The position numbers and the translations under genes are program-made. 64,000 nt of DNA from Octopus sinensis (lineage: Eukaryota), in the NCBI RefSeq assembly GCF_006345805.1, contig NW_021833426.1, forward strand, positions 47,194-111,193, in the 5' to 3' direction. The notes under the pieces were generated by a model. That model worked only from the letters and a program-made list of their open reading frames with translations. It was not told the origin of the DNA and searched no databases. Below are positions 54,096-64,000 of this stretch, piece by piece. Within the stretch, counting starts at the first letter, position 1. The number at the start of each line of letters is the position of its first letter.

Positions 54096-55660
54096 CACAC
54101 CCGTCTACTAATACTACTACTAATACATGGCCACTACCATCACCACAACCACCACCACCATCTCCAACACAATCATCGCCATTACTATCACCAACACCGT
54201 CACTACCGTCATCTCCTACACAATCAGCCCCCCCGCCCATCATCATCACCTAAACATTCACCGCTACCACTACCACCACCATCGTTGCTGTCGCCGCAAC
54301 CCCCACCGCCGTCGCCGCCTCCTGCACCACCACCATCACCACCAAGAGGAGTACTTTCAGGTCAGATTCTATGGACAATTTCCAAAAGTCTGGCATTGTT
54401 ACGGGTGATTTGTCTGTTTGCGATGTATTGTACAAATATGGCTGTGAGTTGGACTCCGCCAGCAACGAAATCTGTTCGAAACTGTCCGACATGCATCTGT
54501 TGAGTGTTGTTGGTGCGCTGCCGATTTGCGGGCTTATGCCGGACAGCGAGTATCACGTAACAGATAACTCTGATTGGCACGAAGGCCGAACTTGCACCTT
54601 TCTTTGGTGAGGAATTACAGGTGTTCTTCCTCTGTTTGAAGTTATGTGGTGGACACGGTTGCAAAGTCTAATGACGAAGCTGTATACAAGCCCTCATCGG
54701 CTTCTTTGGGTAACCATAGAGGGAGAGAATGAGGATAAAAAGAGAAGCACTGCCCTCAGTAAATTTTATGAAACGATAGTAAGAATGGTGGAATTGATAT
54801 CAGTTGATGAGTCTATATTATGTGTTTGTAGATTGGTGAGAAGAACTGGGGGTCGATATTGATCTTTGGTCTGTCAGAGTAATTTACAACCATGTCTTGC
54901 AAACAACTTGCACATGCAAGTGCTACCAGTCAAAAGCTCCGTATACCGGAAGCCAGCAAGTGTATGGGGTCATCAGGAGAGAATGCGCGCCGTTTCGGGG
55001 CCTACCTCTCGACGGCATCAATGCGCACCGGCTCCACTCACTGATATGAGGCCCCGCTTGCTAGATCAGCTGGTTATGAAGTTAAACTCAATATCCTTCT
55101 AGCCATCGCTCATCGTCTCTTTTTAACCAAATCCAGTGGCTAGCCTTCTCCACTGTAGATTGGATATCAGTCATGGTGGTATTGACTCATTATATAGACT
55201 TATTAACTGATATTAATTCCACCATGATGAAGGAATATCCATAATATCCCAGAAAGAGGTGTAAAACTACCTTTCACTTTATAAATGTCCTGAAAATTCC
55301 ACACAGTGTTGGCTTTGTCGTTTCATTTTATTTAACACACACACACACAGACACACAAACAACATATTCACACTTATATATATATATATATATATCTATA
55401 TATATGTAGGTCCCGGGTTGAGTCGGGGTTAACCACAGTAAATAAGGTACTCAATACATAGCAGAGTAAATTAATTTATTTTATAGAAGGAGCTTCTACA
55501 GGAAGCTAGGTGACAAGAGTAGTTTTGGCAAATGCCAAAACTACTTTGTCACCTAGCTTCCTGATGATTTCTTTTGAATGAAACAGTTCTAGTCCTGTAG
55601 AAGCTCCTTCTATAAAATAAATATATATATATATATATATATATTATCTATTATATATAT

Positions 55661-55694
<34 letters not shown>

Positions 55695-55890
55695 ATATAC
55701 ACGACGGGCTTCTTTAGTTTCCGTCTACCAAATCCACTCACAAGGCTTCGGTCGGCCCGAGGTTATAGTAGAAGACACTTGCCCAAGGTACCACACAGTG
55801 GGACTGAACCCGGAACCATGTGGTTGAGAAGCAAGCTCCTTACCACACAGCCACGCCTGAGCCTATGTGTGTGTGTGTGTATGTGTTTGT

Positions 55891-55944
<54 letters not shown>

Positions 55945-56769
55945 CTTTTGGTACGTTGAAAATGTTAAATCTTGAAGCAGATAATGCTATAGATATAGCG
56001 GTGTAAATATCAGGTTAAAAAAAAACATACAAGTTTTTTTTCCATTTATAATTTTATTTACTTCCAGTTTCATCGTTATATAAAAATTATTTCATAACAT
56101 GAAGTTTCTGTATTTGTATGGCATTAATGATATATATATATATATCTTTGTGTGGGATTTACAAACATTTAATGCATTGCTACGCACGTTTCCGTATTCC
56201 TGGGATGTTTACAGTGCGGTCCATAGTATCTGTGGACATCGGGTCGATCATCTTCATGGATTCATCTCTTCAGGCGGTATAACATTAGTGGATGTACAAA
56301 GTGAGGACAGAATGGCAGTTCTACCTCTCTTTCCAACATCTTCCTTTCCTCCCCACCAAATTCACACAGAAATATCCACACAACTCGGTCAACCTTCATA
56401 CCGGTCAAAAAGGATATGCATTCCTCTGTTGTACATCCATTAATGTTATATCGCCTGAAGAAATGAATCCATGAAGATAACCAACCCGGTGCCCACGGAT
56501 ACCACGGACTGCACAATAAGCATTGCAGTAATACGGACTTTTGGTCTTAAAAGACATGCAATTCGTAAAAACGCGCGTAACGATGCAGTAAATGTTTATA
56601 AATTCCATTCAAGGATTTTTGTTATTATTACTATAGTTATCTTACACTATATCGGTACAGCTCGATGCAACCACCACAAAAACTGGTTCACCAGTCAGCA
56701 CCATTAGACTGTGGCCAGCATAATAGAATAGGAGCTGTATTTGCATATTCAAAACGTTTCTCATAAACG

Positions 56770-56806
<37 letters not shown>

Positions 56807-56864
56807 TATATATCAGAAATATTAAATTTCTAAATCTCTCATACATATGTACGGTGGTGGGGCG

Positions 56865-57100
56865 ATAGAATGGTTGTATACTGTCAATCTAACGTGAACG
56901 TGAGAGTAGGTGGTTACACCACCGCTGTTTAGCCCTAGAAGCATCGACGCTTCCTGCTGGCTTCGACACATTTTTCCTGTGTCCTTATATACATATACGA
57001 ATGTGTCGAAGCCAGCAGGAAGCGTCGATGTTTCCTAGGGCTAAACAGCGGTGATGTAACCCTCTACTGTCACGTTCACGTTAGATTGACAGTATACAAC

Positions 57101-57108
<8 letters not shown>
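56865..57108. repeat. Fold-back palindrome (~105 bp arms)
   Basis: agaatggttgtatactgtcaatctaacgtgaacgtga pairs with tcacgttcacgttagattgacagtatacaaccattct. Confidence 0.92.
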
Positions 57109-57131
<23 letters not shown>

Positions 57132-57146
57132 CTACTACTACTACTA

Positions 57147-57530
57147 CTAGCAGTATCGCCCGGCGTTGCTCGGGTATGTTTCGACCCTTTAGAATTGGAA
57201 TTTTTGAAAAGTAAAAGTTTTGCATTATGTAGCTTGTTATTCTCTTTAAGTGAACATTTTTCTGGTCGAAATACACCGAAAAATGGCGACACAGCAGTCA
57301 AAAATTCGTAAAAAATAGGGATTTTCATAGAAAAAAAAAGCACCTTTTCGATGTAAATAATTTTTGGTGTTAACATGGTCCGATTTGAATTTTATCTTCT
57401 ACGGAAGAAAGAGCAAGCCTTCTTCTATCATACTCTCAATTTTGGTCAATTTGCGCCGCAGGGTCTCGGAGGAGATAGTGTTAGTTGAAGGCTACCAAAC
57501 CTGGCATACACAGACAACTTCAACTTATAT
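57147..57530 (-). mobile_element. Non-autonomous Helitron-like element
   Basis: Minus strand ends with hairpin cccgagcaacgccggg, a short spacer and CTAG|T, the canonical Helitron 3' terminus; 5' TC end not seen. Confidence 0.6.
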
Positions 57531-57800
57531 CGGAGACCCCCTTCGGTCACGACACAGACCATGGGATTGCACCTAGAAAGTTACCCTCCTAGACACAAGT
57601 CTGGGCGAGGTTGTTTATGGAAGACCAGCAGTAGCCCATGCATACCGGCCTTCCCTCTCTACGCCACCAGTGTTATCCAAAGGAAAGACAAAGGTCGATA
57701 CAGCTTGGCACCAGTGACGTCGCAACTCATTTCTTACAGCTGAGTGAACTGGAGCAACGTGAAATAAAGTGCCTTGCTCAAGAACACAACACGCAGCCCG
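57530..57800 (-). mobile_element. SINE family D
   Basis: Matches 9752-10020. Confidence 0.82.
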
Positions 57801-57813
57801 ATATATATATATA

Positions 57814-57853
<40 letters not shown>

Positions 57854-58423
57854 AGGGTTTATTGTATTTGGGAGGGTCATTTTGTAATTGAAAACACACA
57901 TACTAGTTATATTTCACTTCTTCTTAATCAACAAGTTAACTAGTTAACAAATGAACTAATCAATTGCTTGATTAACCAGTCAATCAATCAATCAGTTGGT
58001 TTTTCGGAGTTTTTTTTTTTTGTCATCCTGCCTTTAAACAAGGTTTCTTGTTTTTTGTCATTACATTTATACTTTTTGGCGTCTGTGTATGTGAGATAGA
58101 GAGTATGTGATGGCTAATGTGTGGACTTACATGAGTCTTGTTAGAGTCTGTTGTATTTGGTATGGTTTGGTCAGTGTGTCTATGAGGAGATTCTGTCGGA
58201 ATTATGTTGGACGTGTTCACAAATTTGCGTTGGAAGTGTATAGAAACTGAGGTATATTCCATCTCTGTTTTTTTTTTTCTTTTGCCATCCAGCTTATATA
58301 TGCGGCCGACTAAGGACCGATCGAACGAAAACCGGTTCTGCAATCTCTGCTATCTCACTGATAAACCCACACGTATACACGCATACATATAAATACACTC
58401 GCACACACACACACACACACACA

Positions 58424-58458
<35 letters not shown>

Positions 58459-58506
58459 GGGTGCGCGAGCATATATGTATATATCTACATACATACATAC
58501 ATACAA

Positions 58507-58539
<33 letters not shown>

Positions 58540-58559
58540 AATATATATATATATATACT

Positions 58560-58604
<45 letters not shown>

Positions 58605-58742
58605 GTTTGTGTGTGCATGTATTTATATTTGTATATATACACACAGTGTTTTTGTTGTCGGTTGCAAACATGTGTTTGTGTATACACATAACTATTGATT
58701 GTTTTGTCTATTTGTTTGTATATACACACCCACACAAATGCG

Positions 58743-58781
<39 letters not shown>

Positions 58782-60841
58782 CCACTCAACACACATACAT
58801 ACACATATACACACACACACACACACTTATACACAGCTCAACAGCATGTAGCTGCGTGCATACAAAGACTCACAAATACACACGCACACACAAACATCCA
58901 TGCAAACACCAGTAACAAATGTTATTGGAAGATGTTAATTTAAAGATGCTGTGCTGGCACCGTTTCAAAACTCTTCGGTAAATATCAATTCTTCTTTAAA
59001 AAAAAGCATAGTGTAGTCATTGTGCAGTGTTGGCAGCAGACGACCGCCATATTTGATATGTATGACGTCATTAGTACATGCAGCGTTCTCTCTTTAAGAA
59101 ATCATTTATTGCTCTGTTGAACGCAGTAGAGTGCTTCACATGAACCTTGAAACTGTATAGTATTGTTTCGGCTGCTGCTGCTGCTTCTGTTGTTGTTTTG
59201 GTTGCTGCTGCTGCTGCTATTGTTGTTGTTGTTACTGCAGGTAAAGTCGGCGGCGGTGGTGGTGGTGGTGGCGTTGGAGGAGATAGTGATGTGCCTTTGT
59301 AGCGATGTCGATTTTGATAGCGGATGATGTATCTGAGATGTGGCTGTTGTCACATTTATGATTATCGTGCAGCGGTGGCACTGTTAGGCCATTGTTGATC
59401 TTTGGCGATATGACTTGTTATTGTATTGTTGTCGGTTGAGTATTTTTTAGATATTCTGGGAGACGATGGTAGCAATGGTCTCACAGGGAACGCGGTGGTA
59501 ATGGTGAAGATGTCAAAGCTATTTGTCTTGTTCTTGTTTTAGCGACTAGTCAAGATATGAAACCCATCAGATCCCAGCCAAAATAACCTGGAGATTACTG
59601 CTGTTTTAGCTACATTAATCCAAACCATTTTCATAGCTTAAATATTTCGCTAAAGTCACTGGAGGCCAGATATGTTAAAACCCAACCAATGCAGTCACTG
59701 TATCTTTCTCTAAGATTATAAGGTCGTGATCCAGCTTGAATTCCTTCTCTGTCCTCAAATGGTGGACTCGTGACGTAAACGACATATGAAGGTTCTGCAG
59801 TTCATTGCTGAATAACCTGCGCATACAATTTGTTTACTGTGATCAAATGTTTCTGCTCATTCACCTCCATCAAATCAGCATCACCTGCGCAGGTGCACGG
59901 GGTGCTAGACTTCAGGTGTCCAAAATGATGCCAGATCCCCGTCTTCATATGCAACATAATAGTACTGCGACTACGTGGTTACTGGTTCAGACCTGCTGCG
60001 CGGCACCTTGGGCAAGTGTCGTCTGCTATGTCCAAATAACAAAGTGTTTTGTCCAAGAAACAACGCACCAACCGGTCCGTGAACCAAAACTACGATCTTG
60101 CGATCGGGAGTGCTGCATCTTGACCATTAGGTCGTTTAGTTCTCCGGGCAGCTGGATTTGAACTCAGAATGTAGAGAGACGAAAGATATATACCATAAAA
60201 GCATTTCTACCCAAAGCGTCGACCATTCTGCCTCTCTCCCACCCACAGATTAACGTGAAATGAAGTGTTTTTACTCGAGGGCTCAACGCGCCAACCGGTC
60301 CGGGAATCGAACCATGATCTTGCAGTCGAGAGTGCAACACCTCTATCCACTTGACCACGCGCCTTTACACACACACACAAATTCATACACATGCACCCGC
60401 AAACACACACACGTGTGTGTCTGTGTGTGTGTGTGTTAGACACTTCGTGGTCGAGACACTCCTAGACACAACTGCAATAACATTATGTGTAGTAGGAGTT
60501 GCAATTCGTGCGAGTTTCACATGGTGACTTCTTTCTGATGTCGACTTCAATAACAAACGAGAAACGGCTGAGATAATTGATTCAAAAGAATTTGAGAATA
60601 TAGCTAAAAAAAAAAAATGAAGCTTATGTCTGTAATCTAAAATGTTGTCGTTCAGTCCTAGGTTATCCTGACAGACAACAACTACGATAAAACGTGTTCA
60701 AGTCACAACCAGAACTTGTCTATTTGCTTTGACGTGCCGAAGGTTTAATGGAAAAATATCGCTGTAGGAAAGGTAATCCGAAGGCCGTTCTTGTCCTTTC
60801 CGGCGCCTTTCCGGTTCTACACTTATTACGTAATCCCAATA

Positions 60842-61810
60842 TAATCCTTTCTACTATAGGTACAAGGACTGAAATTTGGGGGAAGGGGGCCAGTCGATTA
60901 CATCGACCCAGTGTTTCACTGGTACTTAATTTATCGACCCCGAAAAGATGAAAGGCAAAGTCGACCCCGTCGGAATTCGAACTCAGAACGTAGCGACGGG
61001 CGAAATACCGCAAAGTATTTCGCCTGGTGTGCTAACAGTTCTGCCAGTTCGCCGCCTTGTCATCTCAATATAATAGAAAACAAAACAAGAACTTGGCACA
61101 TTCTTAAGGCCACAGAGCTCAACATGGGTGTGGTTTTATAATATGTAACAGATAATCCTTTCTACTGGAGGCACAAGGCCTCAAATTTGTGGGGAGGGAA
61201 AAAGTCGATTAGATCGACCCCAGTGCTTTACTTGTACTTAATTTATCGACCCCGAAAAGATGAAAGGTAAAAACGACCCCGGCGGAATTCGAACTCAGAA
61301 CGTAGCGACGGGCGAAATACCGCTAAGTATTTTGTCCGGTGTGCTAACAATTCTGCCTGCTCGCCGTCTTCATATGCAACATAATAGTACTGCGACTACG
61401 TGGTTACTGGTTCAGACCTGCTGAGCGGCACCTTGGTCAAGTGTCGTCTGCTATGTAGCTCCGGGGCTAGCCAATGCCGTCTGCTTGAATTTGGTGGACG
61501 GAATCGGTGGAAGTCCTTTGTGTGTTCTGAGTTCGAATTCCGCCGGGGTCGACTTTGCTTTACATCCTTTCGGGGTCGATAAATTAAGTACAAGTAAAGC
61601 ACTGGGGTCGATGTAATCGACTTGTCCCCCGACCTATAAATTTAAGGCCTTGTACCTCTAGTAGAAAGGATTATCTATGCTACATACTATAAATCCATGC
61701 CCAAGTTGATCTCTGTGGTCTTAAGAATGTGCCATGTTTTTGTTTTGTTTTCTATTATATTGAGATTAGAAGGCGGCGATCTGGCAGAATTGTTAGCACA
61801 CCGGGCGAAA
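60842..61810. mobile_element. Cluster of family C SINEs with a local inverted duplication
   Basis: Copies at 60842-61057(-), 61153-61370(-), 61525-61672(+). Confidence 0.8.
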
Positions 61811-62119
61811 GACAAGCAAACGATAACCGATAAGATACGTGTGTGTGAGTATGTGTGTGTGTATGTATGCGTGTGTGTTTAATATATTAAATCAGTTCTT
61901 TAGCTCTATAAAACTATATCGACTTAATTTAAGGGATCAATTGATTAATATGTCGTTAAACTCCAGCGTGTTATTACTTCAGTTCGATAGCCAAAGCAGC
62001 AACGAGTTTGCATTGAGTCAAGAATTGGTGAAAAACGAACGCCGCGAACAAAAGAACACGGAAAATAAAGAGCCAAATGATAGCTTAACACTTCATCAAA
62101 TACATATACGTAGATACAG

Positions 62120-62164
<45 letters not shown>

Positions 62165-62227
62165 TATGATACATACATATAGGCATAGAGAAATATATAT
62201 ATACACATATGATATAAAATGATAATA

Positions 62228-62278
<51 letters not shown>

Positions 62279-62290
62279 TATATATGAAAT

Positions 62291-62578
62291 GTTTTGAATG
62301 GTACAGCAATGCACTATAATATTTAAAAAAAAGGGATTATATACTTGTCATTTAGTTATCCATAGTCCGATGATATTTCGGAATACAATTCCTTCTTTAG
62401 ATTCTCTTGGATGGAGTCGCTGCTATAATTGGTTTATAACCGATTATAGCAGCGACTCCATCTAAGAATATCTGAAGACGGAATTGTATTCCGAAATATC
62501 ATGGGACTATGGATAACTAAATGACAGGTTTATAGTCCATTTTTTTATATTATAGTGCATTGTTGTACCACTCAAAAC
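62291..62578. repeat. Fold-back palindrome (~140 bp arms, minimal loop)
   Basis: Centre gctgctataattggtttataaccgattatagcagc. Confidence 0.92.
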
Positions 62579-62639
62579 TTTTTATTCTTTACAAACAATA
62601 CACAATGCTTCAAGCGAACTACAATACTCTTATATATAT

Positions 62640-62683
<44 letters not shown>

Positions 62684-62831
62684 ACAAGAAAACAAAACAA
62701 GAAGACATGTATAAACAACAGGTGTACCTTGTTTAACACTCGGGAAGGTGAGAAAGTCTTTTACGTTTCGAGCCTACGCTCTTCAACGGAAAGGAACACC
62801 AGGAAATATATATTTATTTATTCAGGATTGT

Positions 62832-63190
62832 GGAGGCGCAATGGCCCAGTGGTTAGGGCAGCGGTCTCGCGGTCGTAAGTTTGCGGTTTATTGAACGAAA
62901 ACACCTAAAATCTCAACGAGGCCACGGCAGGGGGTGGTGGCAAGCCCTGCTGTACTCTTTCACCACAACTTCCTCTCACCCTTTATTTCTGTTTTTGTTG
63001 TACCTGCATTTAAAAGGGCCAATCTTGTCACACTCTGCGTCACGCTGAATCTCCCTTGAGAACTACGTTAAGGGTACACGTGTCTGTGGAGTGCTCAGCC
63101 ACTTGCACGTTAATTTCACGAGCAGGCTGTTCCGTTGATCAGATAATCAGATCAACTGGAACCCACGTCGTCGTAATCGACGAAGTGCCA
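62832..63190 (+). mobile_element. SINE family B
   Basis: Family match. Confidence 0.83.
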
Positions 63191-63378
63191 CGATATTCAG
63201 AAATCGACACCAGGACTTATCCTTTGTATGCTCAGTACTTATTCTATCGGTCGATTTTGCCGAACCGCTACGTTACAGAGACATATACGCACCAGCATCA
63301 GTTGTAAAGCGATGGCTGGGAGACAAAAAGAGACACGCACGCGGGCACACACACACACACGGGCACACACACACACAC

Positions 63379-63419
<41 letters not shown>

Positions 63420-63584
63420 GGCGGGCTTCTTTCGGTTTCCGTCTACCAATCCACTCACAAGGCTTTGGTCGGCCCGGGGCTACAGCAGAAGAGACTTGCT
63501 CTAGGGGCCATGCAATGGGACTGTACCGAGAACCATGAGGTTGGGAAGCAAGCTTCTTACCATACAGCCATGTATGTGTGTGTG

Positions 63585-63895
63585 AAGGCGCAATGGCCCA
63601 ATGGTTAGGGCAGAGAACTCGCGGTCGTAGGATCGCGGTTTCGATTCCCAGATCGGGCGTTGTGAGTGTTTATTGTGCGAAAACACCTAAAATCTCCACG
63701 AGGCTCCGGCAGTGGGTAGTGGCGATCCCTGCTGTACTCTTTCGCCACAACTTTCTCTCACTCTTTCTTCTGTTGGCCTGCTCGCTTAGCCAGTTGGGTG
63801 GCGTCATTTGAAGGCTAAAAACAATGCGAAGCGCATTGTGACCAGCGATGTGTAGCAACATTTGATAGCCTGGTCGGTCACGGTGATCACGGTGA
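63585..63895 (+). mobile_element. SINE family B, short-tail form
   Basis: Matches 12421-12710. Confidence 0.83.
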
Positions 63896-64000
63896 TATAT
63901 ATATATATACTTTATTTAAAGCAGCAGCAGAAAATTCAACAAAACGTGTTACTCTGAGTTTCCCGTTGCCGTTCTTCGGACAGTTTTTGCTAGAAGTATT

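Noticed and set aside
59102-59520. Low-complexity exon (poly-P/T/A or N/S)
   Set aside because: Trinucleotide tracts, stops in flanking frames, no recognisable domain or splice support

Overview
Eukaryotic, AT-rich and repeat-saturated DNA with no host protein-coding gene that I can support. The SINE families present (tRNA-headed, CORE-like and Nin-like) resemble those known from octopus genomes, so a cephalopod intronic or intergenic region is likely (inference). Almost all ORFs in the track are translations of micro- or minisatellites. The main element is a ~7.2 kb, apparently young Penelope-like retroelement (28198-35413). It has RT (YRDD) and GIY-YIG domains with Naiad-like DKT and Cys motifs, direct pseudo-LTRs carrying type I hammerhead ribozymes, and a 2.4 kb inverted copy of its 3' half. 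It sits in the (TA)n tract of a SINE. Also present are CR1-type LINE 3' fragments, a piggyBac transposase relic, a Helitron-like end, several satellites, many short hammerhead-bearing elements (one with a tRNA-like head) and an unusual density of fold-back palindromes. Boundaries were read by eye and are approximate.
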